64,000 nucleotides of DNA from an uncultured Planctomycetia bacterium (GTDB lineage Bacteria > Omnitrophota > Gorgyraeia > Duberdicusellales > 4484-171). The DNA is taken from NCBI GenBank assembly GCA_964489445.1, contig CAZAYU010000002.1, forward strand, positions 269,020 through 333,019, given 5' to 3'. This document shows positions 27,535 through 37,184 of this stretch, piece by piece (the stretch's first letter is position 1; each line of letters starts with the position of its first letter). Position numbers and translations under genes: made by a program. The notes beneath the pieces are model-generated. The model ran no database searches. It saw only the letters and a program-made list of their open reading frames with translations, and had not been told where the DNA came from.

Positions 27535-28764
27535 ATGGCTAAGTATGAATATAGCGCAAAAACAAAAGATTCAAAGACTATAAAAGAGACAGGAGTTTTT
27601 TCTTCTAAACAAGAGGTGATTACCCATTTGAAATCTAAAGGTTTATTTATAATCTCAATAAAAGAAGTTGGCGGGCGCGCACGGGAAATAAAAAAGGCAA
27701 GGATTACAAGAAGTAAAGGAAAACATAATTCGGTAAAATTAGCTGACTTGACTGATTTTGCTCGCAATTTAGCGATTACTCTTTCCAGCGGCGTTACTTT
27801 GTTAAGGAGTTTAGAAGTAATTGCTTCTCAAAATGCAAGTGTAAAATTGGAGAAAATCTTAAAGACTTGTTGCCAAGATATTCGTAATGGGTTATCTTTA
27901 TGTGAATCGCTAGCTAAACACCCGAATGTTTTTTCTCCGCTTTGGATTGGCATCATCCGTGTTGGGGAAGCATCGGGCAATCTTCCTTTTGTGTTGGATA
28001 AGCTAACTGAGTATTTAGAATTAAAAATGGAATTCGAAAGAAAGGTTATTGGGGCATTATTTTATCCGGCGATTCTTATGTTTGTGGCCGTGGGTGCGGT
28101 ATTTATATTTTTAAAATTTATTTTTCCTAAATTTTCCGGATTATTTATGCAGTTTAATATTGAATTGCCGGCAATAACTAAATTTGTGTTTGGGGCGAGT
28201 GATTTTTTAGCGAGAAACTTTATGATTTTCATGATAATAGGTGCAGGAGCCATAGCCGCTATTGTGGTTTTAAGAAAAAATCCTGAGGTAATGAAAATGT
28301 GGGATGTTGTTAGTTTAAAGATTCCTTTGTTGGGGAGTCTACTGTCTCTTATCTATATTGAGAGGATAACTTCTACTATCTATATTTTGCTAGATAGCGG
28401 GTTGCCGATTGTTTATACTCTGGAAACTACAGCACAAAGCGTAGGCAACTCTGTCTTTGAAAAAAAAATAACATTTATTGGGCAACGAGTTCGATCTGGC
28501 AATCCGTTGTCGGATGAATTTAATCGTCAGGGTATTTTTCCTCCGCTAGTTTCGGAAATGGCTCGGATTGGAGAAGAATCTGGCACAATGCCTAATGTTT
28601 TTGAGAAGATATCCAAGCATTTTCGCCGGGATTTAACAACACGTGTGGAAAGGTTAATTACTTTGTTTGAGCCGGTTATGATTGTGGTGATGGGGGCAGT
28701 CATTGGTGCTTTAGTTGTTGCTTTGTTTTTGCCATTGTTCAAAATGTCGGCAATGGCTGGGTGA
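27535..28764 (+). CDS. pilC: Type IV pilus platform protein PilC/GspF
   Basis: Two T2SSF repeats (GEASGNL, GEESG), YPAI, EPVMIV, LFLPLF. Confidence 0.93.
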   Translation: MAKYEYSAKTKDSKTIKETGVFSSKQEVITHLKSKGLFIISIKEVGGRAREIKKARITRSKGKHNSVKLADLTDFARNLAITLSSGVTLLRSLEVIASQNASVKLEKILKTCCQDIRNGLSLCESLAKHPNVFSPLWIGIIRVGEASGNLPFVLDKLTEYLELKMEFERKVIGALFYPAILMFVAVGAVFIFLKFIFPKFSGLFMQFNIELPAITKFVFGASDFLARNFMIFMIIGAGAIAAIVVLRKNPEVMKMWDVVSLKIPLLGSLLSLIYIERITSTIYILLDSGLPIVYTLETTAQSVGNSVFEKKITFIGQRVRSGNPLSDEFNRQGIFPPLVSEMARIGEESGTMPNVFEKISKHFRRDLTTRVERLITLFEPVMIVVMGAVIGALVVALFLPLFKMSAMAG

Positions 28765-28866
28765 TTTTGTTTTCGGAGAATGATAAAGTAATTGACATAA
28801 AGTATTAATGTGTGGTATAAAAAAGACAGGATGGGAAAGATAACATATCTAAAAAAGGAGGGAGAG

Positions 28867-29268
28867 ATGAGAAAAGGGTTTACGTTGATTGAGTTGATAA
28901 TTGTTGTAATTATCGTGGGTATACTGGCCACATTTGCTATTCCACAGTATACTCGGGCAGTTGAACGAACTATGGGCGGGAAAGCGAGACATTCCTTAGG
29001 TTTGATAGCTCAAGGAGAAAAAATGTTTCGGGCAGAAAACGATACGTACGTTGTTGTAGAAGTTGATAATGCAAATGATGAAAATGGAATAGGGGGCTAT
29101 GTTGAGCTTGCAGAATTAGATGCAGAATCTGATTGGAATTATGCAGTTAGTGGGCCTACTACCACTACGTTTACTGCCATAGCAACTAGAGAGGGTGGCC
29201 CTAACAATGGTGAAACGATTTCGATAACCCAAGATGGTGTTTGGGATCTTACAGGCTGGACTCCGTAA
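28867..29268 (+). CDS. Type IV pilin (probable major pilin)
   Basis: MRKG|FTLIELIIVVIIVGILATFAIPQY; strong AGGAGG RBS; own promoter-like TTGACA (28792) and TGGTATAA. Confidence 0.9.
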   Translation: MRKGFTLIELIIVVIIVGILATFAIPQYTRAVERTMGGKARHSLGLIAQGEKMFRAENDTYVVVEVDNANDENGIGGYVELAELDAESDWNYAVSGPTTTTFTAIATREGGPNNGETISITQDGVWDLTGWTP

Positions 29269-29293
29269 ATTTAAGTAAAGTATTTTAGTTTTA

Positions 29294-29704
29294 ATGTTTA
29301 AAAAGAAAATGAGAAACCACAATAAGAAACCCAAGGCATTAACAATGATTGAGTTACTTATTGTGGTTGTAATTATTGGAGTAATTGCTACCTTTGCTAT
29401 GCCTGCTTACAAGAAAGCTAAAGAAAAGGCAGTAGATAAGGAAGCACAGACATTACTAAGATTAATTAAGGCTGCTGAAGATATGTATCGTTTGGAATCT
29501 ACTGAATATAAGGGTTGTGGGGATACTGCAGGGTGTAATACATTATTAAGCTTGGATTTACCAGTGGGCCCAAACTGGGTTTACAAAGTTGATTCTTCTA
29601 CTGCTACAACATTTACCGGAACAGCTACAGGTGACAAAGGTTCTCAAGGGGCAGCTGGAACGTGGACGATGGATCAGAACGGAGACACTTCTCCAGCTTT
29701 TTGA
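29294..29704 (+). CDS. Type IV pilin-like protein (PilE-like)
   Basis: KA|LTMIELLIVVVIIGVIATFAMPAY; one Cys pair (CGDTAGC). Confidence 0.85.
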   Translation: MFKKKMRNHNKKPKALTMIELLIVVVIIGVIATFAMPAYKKAKEKAVDKEAQTLLRLIKAAEDMYRLESTEYKGCGDTAGCNTLLSLDLPVGPNWVYKVDSSTATTFTGTATGDKGSQGAAGTWTMDQNGDTSPAF

Positions 29705-29751
29705 AAATTTTATTGTTGAGCAACAATAAAAAATATAAGTAGTTTATTAGC

Positions 29752-30135
29752 ATGGAAAAGAAAGCGTTCACTTTAACAGAAATAATTGTTGGACTTGTGA
29801 TTCTGAGCATCGTATTCGGCGGGTTATTAGCTGCGTTTACTGCTGCACGTAAGTATGTGCTAAGAGCTAACCGACGACTTGTAGCGGCTAACTTAAGTCG
29901 TAGTGCTTTAGAAAGGCTGCATAAAGAAGTACGTGAAGATCTTTGGGATGATATTTTAGGCGCTTATCCACTGCAACCTGGAGGTCATTCTTTAAGTCTT
30001 CTTAGGAATCCACCCCTTGATGATGTTGCTATTCGTGACATAGGCGGGGAAGAGTATAGTGGGTCTTATGATGTATATGCAACTAGCCATGATTACCGGG
30101 AAGTGATAGTAACAGTTGTTGCAGAAGGGCGTTAG
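29752..30135 (+). CDS. Minor pilin (PilV/GspI-like)
   Basis: KKA|FTLTEIIVGLVILSIVF; C-terminal REVIVTV strand. Confidence 0.8.
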   Translation: MEKKAFTLTEIIVGLVILSIVFGGLLAAFTAARKYVLRANRRLVAANLSRSALERLHKEVREDLWDDILGAYPLQPGGHSLSLLRNPPLDDVAIRDIGGEEYSGSYDVYATSHDYREVIVTVVAEGR

Positions 30136-30175
30136 TTAGCAAATTTTATTATTAAAATTACGTGTAAACAAAAAA

Positions 30176-30700
30176 ATGAAAAAAACAGTTACATTAGTTG
30201 AGTTAATAATTGCAATTGTATTAATGGGGATAGTAGTGCTTGGGGCAATTTCTTTTGATCTTGCTAGTCGAACTTTTTTTAAGTCTTCTGAGCGGAAAGT
30301 TAACGTAGTTAATGATTTAACATTTGTGCTAGAACATTTGCAGAAGAACATTATGAATGGTAAAGGAACGGTAGATAATCCTGCTTTAGTATGGGATGGA
30401 GCAACAGTGCTTACTATTTCCCAAGATGATGGAACAGGAACGTTGACAGGATTAAAAACGGTAACTTATACATTTAATAAGACTGCTGGTGTAAACCAAG
30501 TTATTTTTACTGACACTTCTCCACAGGTACTTACGAGGAGGCTAGAAGATTTTAACGGTTTTGACGTTAACGATTTTGGGTTTTACATGAAGGATATGAC
30601 TTTCCTTGATAATCCTGCTGAAGAGGAGGATGTCCGAGAGAATCCAAGTGTAGCAGTGAGAGAGCAGTATTTTTTTCCTCTTATCCAATCCTGCACTTAA
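30176..30700 (+). CDS. Minor pilin (PilW/GspJ-like)
   Basis: MKKT|VTLVELIIAIVLMGIVVLG; LEHLQKNI helix. Confidence 0.78.
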   Translation: MKKTVTLVELIIAIVLMGIVVLGAISFDLASRTFFKSSERKVNVVNDLTFVLEHLQKNIMNGKGTVDNPALVWDGATVLTISQDDGTGTLTGLKTVTYTFNKTAGVNQVIFTDTSPQVLTRRLEDFNGFDVNDFGFYMKDMTFLDNPAEEEDVRENPSVAVREQYFFPLIQSCT

Positions 30701-30977
30701 TTATTTGAGCTTATTTCTTGCAGTCTAGACTTGCCTGTTTAATAATTAGCATATATTAATTGTGTACAATTCAGAGCATATCATTGCTTGAATGATTTTT
30801 TGTATTCCAATTGTATTCAAATAATGATACAATTATACATAATCTAACTCGGTGATATATGGAATAGCTGGTGTAAGTAGTTATCCTGAAAAATTATTTT
30901 GGTTTTTTATAGAAAAAAAATGGAAGTATTTTTAAATTTATTTGTGCATCATGCAAAATCTAAGGAGGAGCAAAATC

Positions 30978-31373
30978 ATGAAAAAAAGTTTTACCTTAGT
31001 TGAATTAATAATTGTTGTAATAATAGTTATGATATTAGCAAGTTTTGCTATTCCGCAGTTTATTCAATCTGTAGAAAGGGCTAAGGGTGGTAAGGCAAAA
31101 CGGGCTTTAGGCTTGATTGCGCAGGCGGAAAAAATATATCGGATTGATAATGAACATTATATTGACGCACAAAGCCCTAACCTTGAATCGGCTTTAAGTA
31201 ATGACATTGATTTAGATGCCATCGATAAGGATGCAAGCTTAGATTGGCAGTATGTAGTTGAAGCGACACCGAATACGTTTATTGTTACAGCTACCAGGCT
31301 AGATGGTTCTTTCAAGGATCAAACTATAACATTAAATCAATCTGGCGTTTGGACAAACGAGAGGTATCCTTAG
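30978..31373 (+). CDS. Type IV pilin, paralog of the 28867 pilin
   Basis: MKKS|FTLVELIIVV; shares VER..GGKA...LGLIAQ.EK and W.Y.V...FT/IV.ATR..G with 28867; AGGAGG RBS. Confidence 0.88.
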   Translation: MKKSFTLVELIIVVIIVMILASFAIPQFIQSVERAKGGKAKRALGLIAQAEKIYRIDNEHYIDAQSPNLESALSNDIDLDAIDKDASLDWQYVVEATPNTFIVTATRLDGSFKDQTITLNQSGVWTNERYP

Positions 31374-31395
31374 TAAGATAAGCAATACTACTTGT

Positions 31396-32118
31396 ATGTC
31401 GATTATATTATCTGGCAAGCCTTTAATTTTAAGCCTGAAAAAATTTCTTAGTTTAATAATTCCTTGTGTGTGGTTGTGTGTATCCAATGTCTATGGGGCT
31501 CCTTGCTATGGCACAAGGTTGCCAGAGGGTAAAAAATTTATAGGAGGATTCCAGAGCTATACAATATTTAAGCGCGAGCTAAAAAATAATTATGGTAAGC
31601 TAAAGTCTCTTCAGCACTTTTTTCAACTTTCTTATGGTGTCTACAATTGGCTATCCATTGATTTAAAAGGCGGCGCAGGTAACATCAAACAATATCCTAA
31701 CCTTGGTGATGAAGCAGATTATTCTAATTCATTTGCCGGAGGCTATGGATTCCGGATTAGAGCCTATAACCATGAAAATTTAAAAATAGTACTCGGTTTT
31801 CAACATATAAGCGTACATCCTCAATCAGTTCATTTAGGTAATGTGAAGAATAAAGCAATTTTAGATGACTGGCAGGGGTCTCTTCTAGCTTCTTATAAAT
31901 TGTCAGTAGTTACGCCTTATTTAGGGGTTAAATGGTCCAGGGTTGATTACATTCACTGGATTGGTGAAGAAAGAAAAAGAAAGATGTCTGACACAACTAA
32001 GTCTGTAGGATTAATTTGTGGTTTTGATTTTCCTTTGAATGCAAAAGCTTGGGTTAATTTAGAAGGGCAGTTTTTTGATTCAGAGGCATTAGCTGTAAGT
32101 GTTAATTTTGAATTTTAA
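31396..32118 (+). CDS. Outer-membrane beta-barrel protein, Chlamydia MOMP-like C-terminal half
   Basis: Signal peptide, amphipathic strands, terminal Phe; WQGSLLASYKLSVVTPYLGVKWSRV. Confidence 0.65.
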   Translation: MSIILSGKPLILSLKKFLSLIIPCVWLCVSNVYGAPCYGTRLPEGKKFIGGFQSYTIFKRELKNNYGKLKSLQHFFQLSYGVYNWLSIDLKGGAGNIKQYPNLGDEADYSNSFAGGYGFRIRAYNHENLKIVLGFQHISVHPQSVHLGNVKNKAILDDWQGSLLASYKLSVVTPYLGVKWSRVDYIHWIGEERKRKMSDTTKSVGLICGFDFPLNAKAWVNLEGQFFDSEALAVSVNFEF

Positions 32119-32189
32119 TGAGTTCTACATATTTTTTACTAAAAAGGTAGAAATATATGGCTAAGGTATTATTTTGAGCACTTTTTGAC

Positions 32190-33653
32190 ATGATTTCAAA
32201 TAATAAGCCTGAATATTTGCAAAATTACTTAGATGATACATCTAATTTTCATGGTAAAGCTTCCGCTTTATATATTCCTCAGTCACAAGATGAAGCATTA
32301 ATACTCGTCAATAATCTTTTAAAAGAAAATCAACCATTTACTGTTTCTGCAGGGCGTACTGGAACAACTGGAGGGTGTGTTCCTGTAGAAGGGGTGATTA
32401 TTTCTCTGGAAAAGTTAAATAAAATAATAAGCATTGACGTTGATCAGCAGAACATGCATTTAGAGGCGGGGGTGACATTGGAACAGTTAGAATTAGAAGC
32501 TAATAAACATAAATTGACCCTGAGAGCTCAGCCGACAGAATCACTAGCATTTATTGGTGGTGCAGTTTCTACTGCTGCTTCTGGGGTTAGGGGGTTTGGC
32601 TATGGATCAATAAGAAACTATGTTCTAGGCATTAAAGTTATTCTTTCTAGCGGGAAAATTATTGATATTAAAAGAGGAGATATATATGCTGATAAAAGAT
32701 CATTCAACTTTGTATCTTCTGGTGAAAAATATAGTTTTAGATTACCATCCTACAAAATGCCAAAAAGTAAAACTCAAGCTGGATATTATGTGTGTGACAA
32801 TATGGATTTAATAGATTTATTTATCGGGAGTGAAGGTACTTTGGGTATGATTGTTTCTTGCTCACTAAAGTTGCAAAGTATTCCCTTTGGTATTTTTGAC
32901 GGTTTAGTATTTTTTAAAGATGAAAACAAGGCTTTCAATTTCATTAATGATGCAAGAATAATGAAGGAAAAGGGAGCCCTTAAGATAGCCTCTTTAGAAT
33001 TTTTTGATAATAATTCACTAAATATGCTTAAAAAATATTATACTTTTATACCAGAATCTGACAGTGCGGTATATTTTGAACAAGAGGTTAAGGATGAAAA
33101 AGATTATGACTTGTTTTTAGAAAAATGGGGGCAATTAATGGAAAAAAATAGTGGCTCGAAGGAAAGCATCATTGCTGATACTATCCAGGAGCGTAAGCGG
33201 GTTTTTGAGTTTAGACATAAGCTACCCCAGATTATTAATGAGTATTTACGTCAAACCGGGCAAGTAAAAGTGGCAGGAGATATTGCTGTTCCTCAAAATA
33301 ATTTTAAGGAAATGTATGCTTGCTACAAGCGTAAGGTCAAAGATGAAAAAATAGATTATGTTAATTTTGGTCATATCGGGGAATCTCATTTGCATTTTAA
33401 TTTTCTTCCTCAAAATGATAAGGAAGGAAATTTTGCTAGAGAATGTCTTACGAGTTTTTGTCAGGAAGCAGTAGCATTGGGGGGAACTGTTTCTGCTGAG
33501 CATGGAATCGGAAAGATTAAAAAATCTTATTTAAAAATTATGTATTCTGACAGAGAAATTAAAGAAATGGCCGAACTAAAAAGATATTTTGATCCTAGTT
33601 GTCTTATTGGTTTAGATAATATTTTTGATAAGAAATTGCTTAAAAAACTATGA
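32190..33653 (+). CDS. FAD-linked oxidoreductase (GlcD / D-lactate dehydrogenase-like)
   Basis: GRTGTTGG, FIGSEGTLG, DIAVP, GHIGESHLH, GGTVSAEHGIG. Confidence 0.9.
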   Translation: MISNNKPEYLQNYLDDTSNFHGKASALYIPQSQDEALILVNNLLKENQPFTVSAGRTGTTGGCVPVEGVIISLEKLNKIISIDVDQQNMHLEAGVTLEQLELEANKHKLTLRAQPTESLAFIGGAVSTAASGVRGFGYGSIRNYVLGIKVILSSGKIIDIKRGDIYADKRSFNFVSSGEKYSFRLPSYKMPKSKTQAGYYVCDNMDLIDLFIGSEGTLGMIVSCSLKLQSIPFGIFDGLVFFKDENKAFNFINDARIMKEKGALKIASLEFFDNNSLNMLKKYYTFIPESDSAVYFEQEVKDEKDYDLFLEKWGQLMEKNSGSKESIIADTIQERKRVFEFRHKLPQIINEYLRQTGQVKVAGDIAVPQNNFKEMYACYKRKVKDEKIDYVNFGHIGESHLHFNFLPQNDKEGNFARECLTSFCQEAVALGGTVSAEHGIGKIKKSYLKIMYSDREIKEMAELKRYFDPSCLIGLDNIFDKKLLKKL

Positions 33654-34045
33654 AGAAAAATATCGATGTGGCGGCGGCTTTTATTACAGAAGGTAATAAA
33701 TTCTTGCTATCTCAAAGAAAGAAAGAGGATACTTATGGACTGTTATGGGAGTTTCCCGGTGGAGTAGTTGAAAATAATGAATCTCCAAAAGCTGCAGTTG
33801 TCCGGGAAATAAAGGAAGAACTGGGTGTTGGTATAAAAGCAGTTAGTTTAATAGGCAAGTTTTTTGATGAAGACGACCGGTTAAAAATAAATATTTCTTT
33901 ATTTAAGTGTTCTATTATTGATGGTAAGCCTAAAGCAATAGATTGTCACCGATTTTCTTTTTTTAATACTAAGGAAGTAGATAGCTTAGATTTAGCTCCT
34001 GCTGATAAAAAAATATTTGCAGAAATTAGACATATTTATGAATAG
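33650..34045 (+). CDS. NUDIX hydrolase (MutT/NudG-like)
   Basis: WEFPGG..E..ES...A..REIKEELG; LAPAD. Confidence 0.9.
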   Translation: MKKNIDVAAAFITEGNKFLLSQRKKEDTYGLLWEFPGGVVENNESPKAAVVREIKEELGVGIKAVSLIGKFFDEDDRLKINISLFKCSIIDGKPKAIDCHRFSFFNTKEVDSLDLAPADKKIFAEIRHIYE

Positions 34046-34053
34046 AAGTATGT

Positions 34054-34722
34054 TTAAGTTCTGTTCTCGTCGAAATAATCAAGATCAGTCAAAGGGAGAA
34101 TAACTGAGGTGGCGATATTTGTAAGGTGAGAGGCAATTCGCTTAAAATATCTGGCCATTAAAGTAAAACAGACTGCTTTGTTTGCGGGTAGTTGGCTTTT
34201 TGCCAAACTTTTAATAATATTATCGCATTTCTGGGAAATTTCCTTTTTATAATTCCATGATTCGGCAGCTTTATCCTCATCGGACTCAATGAATGCTTGT
34301 TTAGTTTCTTGGAATAATTGTGAGATGTCTTTCTCAATATTGTTAAATAATTGTATGTATTCTTCCTTATCTATTGGGCTGCTTAATAGTCCGTTTACTT
34401 CAAATAAGTTTTTAGCGAAATCTCCTACGCGTTCAGCATCTTTTACTACACTCATTAAAAGCAGAGAGGTGGGGATATCTACTGTAGGTTGAATCGAAAG
34501 ATGCTCAATGACTCGTTTTCTGATATTTTTTTGCAAAGTATTCACTTTTTTATCAAGCTTGTATATGTTGTTTTTTAGACCTGGTTCATCCTGGTTGTCA
34601 ATTAATTTTCGGCAAACAGAAGTAAACATTTTTTCAGTATCATCAAGCATATCCTTAAATTCCTTTAGTACCAAGCTCAGAAAATCTTTTCCTTTCCAAA
34701 AATTCATTAAATTTTTAAACAT
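34054..34722 (-). CDS. PhoU-domain protein
   Basis: Two PhoU repeats (DKKVN...KDAERVGD.AKN; RYFKRIASH.TNIA); AGGAG RBS. Confidence 0.85.
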   Translation of the reverse strand: MFKNLMNFWKGKDFLSLVLKEFKDMLDDTEKMFTSVCRKLIDNQDEPGLKNNIYKLDKKVNTLQKNIRKRVIEHLSIQPTVDIPTSLLLMSVVKDAERVGDFAKNLFEVNGLLSSPIDKEEYIQLFNNIEKDISQLFQETKQAFIESDEDKAAESWNYKKEISQKCDNIIKSLAKSQLPANKAVCFTLMARYFKRIASHLTNIATSVILPLTDLDYFDENRT

Positions 34723-34793
34723 TGTTCTCTCCTTTATAGCACTGCAATATCTTTTTAGGGTATGCCAAAAATTATATCCACAAAAATGAATGT

Positions 34794-34821
34794 TTGCAAG
34801 GGTTTTATTTTTCGGTATAAT
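34794..34821 (+). promoter_or_regulatory. Sigma70-type promoter for pyrE
   Basis: TTGCAA, 16-bp spacer, TATAAT. Confidence 0.5.
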
Positions 34822-34905
34822 TAATAAAGCTTATATCTTATAAATATCAATGGTGATTAAAAGGTTTGTAAGGTTAAAATACTATATGTCTAACGGAGGA
34901 TTTTT

Positions 34906-35445
34906 ATGAAGGAAAAACAACAGTTGCTTTCCTTGATCAAGAAAGAAGCATTATTTAAGAAAAAAATAATACTTTCTTCAGGAAAAACCAGTAATTATTA
35001 TGTTGATGTGCGAAAAGTAAGTTTAAGCCCTGAAGGAGTATATTTAATATCTCGTCTTATTTTCAAAGAAATAAATGATTATTCTATTCAAGCTATCGGA
35101 GGGCCGACTTTGGGTGCTGATCCAATAGTTAGTGGAGTTTGTTTATTGGCCTACAAGGATAAGAGAAGATTAAAAGGGTTTTTGATTAGAAAATCACCCA
35201 AAAAATATGGTCGTCAAAAGTTAGTTGAAGGACAGCTGCTTTTACCAGGTGATCGCGTGGTGATCGTTGATGATGTTGCAACTAGTGGTTCTTCTTTAAT
35301 TAAGGCGATAGATGTGTTAAAGAAAGAAAGTATAGAAGTTGTTTGCGCAATTGTTGTAGTGGACAGAGAAGAAGGCGCAGCTAAAGCATTAGCCCTGCAG
35401 GGGTGCCCTTTAATCTCCCTTTTTACTAAAGGTGATTTACTTTAG
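34906..35445 (+). CDS. pyrE: Orotate phosphoribosyltransferase
   Basis: LSSGKTSNYYVD, GGPTLGADP, RK..K.YG, VVIVDDVATSG.S, VDREEG. Confidence 0.95.
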   Translation: MKEKQQLLSLIKKEALFKKKIILSSGKTSNYYVDVRKVSLSPEGVYLISRLIFKEINDYSIQAIGGPTLGADPIVSGVCLLAYKDKRRLKGFLIRKSPKKYGRQKLVEGQLLLPGDRVVIVDDVATSGSSLIKAIDVLKKESIEVVCAIVVVDREEGAAKALALQGCPLISLFTKGDLL

Positions 35446-35477
35446 CCTTGTCGATAAGGCCAGATTAGTAACCGTTG

Positions 35478-36311
35478 ATGTTTGTAACTTTCTTTATTCG
35501 TAATTGCCAATTAGTTTTTAATTTTATTTTGCCTTCTTTTTTTTCTATATTTTTTTTATTTTCTATAATGTTTTTAAATGGGTGCTTTACTACTGAGTAT
35601 AATGTGGGGACAAGGAAGCAAGATGTTTATTTCTATTCTTCCGAGAGAGAAATTAGCATGGGGCAAAATATTGCTAAAAGCATTGCTCGTGAATTTAAAA
35701 TTTCTAATAATCCGGATGACATTAAAAGAGTGTCGGAAATTGGTAAAAAAATAGCAAATGTTGTTGATCGCCAGGGGATAAGTTATTATTTCTATATTAT
35801 TGAGGAGGATAAAAATGGAAAAGGGCAAGTGAATGCTTTTAGTCTTCCTGGAGGGTATATTTATATTTTTAAGGATCTTTTAGAATTATTGGATAATGAT
35901 GATCAGTTGGCGTTTATCCTTGCTCATGAAGCAGGGCATGTTGTTAGTCGACATCACATTAAGCGGCTTCAGGCGGCAATGGGGTATAACTTGGTGGTAA
36001 TTGCTTCTATGCAAGTTCCTGCAGATAGGAATTTTGCTAGTGGTGTTTCTTTTGCTCTTGCCCAACTGTTTACTGCATATTCTCGACAGGATGAGTTTAA
36101 CGCTGATGAGTTGGCAGTAAAATATTGTGAAGCTGTTGGCTACAATTCCTCTGCTGGCATACAAGTGTTGGAGAAGCTTTACCTAGAAAGTAAAAAAGAA
36201 ATACGGCCGCTATCTTACTTTAAAACTCATCCTTATTCTGCTCAAAGGATACGACACATTAAAGAAACTTTACAACTTCCGTTAGTGGTTGATGATTATT
36301 TGAGTTTTTAG
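35478..36311 (+). CDS. M48-family zinc metalloprotease, probable lipoprotein (start uncertain)
   Basis: LNGC lipobox, NAFSLPGG, HEAGH, YSRQDE..AD, THP....RI. Confidence 0.9.
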   Translation: MFVTFFIRNCQLVFNFILPSFFSIFFLFSIMFLNGCFTTEYNVGTRKQDVYFYSSEREISMGQNIAKSIAREFKISNNPDDIKRVSEIGKKIANVVDRQGISYYFYIIEEDKNGKGQVNAFSLPGGYIYIFKDLLELLDNDDQLAFILAHEAGHVVSRHHIKRLQAAMGYNLVVIASMQVPADRNFASGVSFALAQLFTAYSRQDEFNADELAVKYCEAVGYNSSAGIQVLEKLYLESKKEIRPLSYFKTHPYSAQRIRHIKETLQLPLVVDDYLSF

Positions 36312-36315
36312 CCTG

Positions 36316-36353
36316 TTTGTCTAGAGAAGCCTTACCAGGTTTTTCTAGACAAA
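36316..36353. terminator. Bidirectional hairpin terminator between the M48 gene and convergent tRNAs
   Basis: TTTGTCTAGA GAAGCCT tacc AGGTTTT TCTAGACAAA inverted repeat. Confidence 0.7.
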
Positions 36354-36357
36354 ATTT

Positions 36358-36451
36358 TGGCGGAGAGGCAGGGATTTGAACCCTGGGATCACTAAAAAGT
36401 AACCACCGGTTTTCGAGACCGGCACTTTAAACCAGACTCAGCCACCTCTCC
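36358..36451 (-). tRNA. tRNA-Ser(CGA)
   Basis: Cloverleaf GGAGAGG...CCGGT-CT-CGA-AA-ACCGG, long variable arm, GGTTCAAATCC, GCCA end. Confidence 0.96.
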
Positions 36452-36506
36452 AATGAAAAAAGTATTCATCCAGGGTTATTATTTGTTATAATATACAAAA
36501 TTAACT

Positions 36507-36593
36507 TGGTGCCCCCGAGAGGATTTGAACCTCCATTCTCTTACGAGAACTAGCTCCTGAAGCTAGCGTGTCTGCCAATTTCACCACAGGGGC
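36507..36593 (-). tRNA. tRNA-Leu(CAG)
   Basis: GCCCCTG...CTAGC-TT-CAG-GA-GCTAG, variable arm, GGTTCAAATCC, ACCA end. Confidence 0.96.
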
Positions 36594-36694
36594 TTTTAGG
36601 ATTGATATAATTATACCAAATTTACCCTGTTAAACAAGAGTATGCGGTGATTTATTGTCTTGTTAACCAATTATCGTATGCTATAATCACAAAT

Positions 36695-37156
36695 ATGATA
36701 AAAGCAGTAGCAACAAACAGAAAAGCAAGGCATAATTATCAAATTTCCGAGACTATTGAGGCCGGAATAGAGCTTAAGGGCAATGAAGTTAAGTCTTTGC
36801 GGACAAGTAACTGTTCGCTTGGAGAAAGCTTTGCTCGCGTTGAAGGAAATCAATTATTTCTATATAATATGCATATTCCGGAATTTGAGAAAAGTTCTTT
36901 CTTTAAAACTGATCCGAAGAGAATTAGAAAATTACTTGTTCGTAAGCAAGAAATAAGGAAGCTAATTAGTTCTGTAGTTCAAAAAGGGTTTACAATTATT
37001 CCTTTGAGAGTTTATTTTAATGTAAGAGGTTTTGCTAAGATGGAGATTGGTTTAGCAAAAGGCAAACATGTTTTTGATAAACGGAAAAAACTTAAAGATG
37101 ATGCTATTCGAAAAGAAACTCAACAGATTTTAAAAAAATATCGCGGCAGAATTTAA
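36695..37156 (+). CDS. smpB: SsrA-binding protein
   Basis: NRKARHNY, EAGIEL.G.EVKSLR, RKLL, GLAKGK..FDKR. Confidence 0.97.
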   Translation: MIKAVATNRKARHNYQISETIEAGIELKGNEVKSLRTSNCSLGESFARVEGNQLFLYNMHIPEFEKSSFFKTDPKRIRKLLVRKQEIRKLISSVVQKGFTIIPLRVYFNVRGFAKMEIGLAKGKHVFDKRKKLKDDAIRKETQQILKKYRGRI

Positions 37157-37184
37157 TAGCTAGCTTTATACGGGAGGGTTAAGA

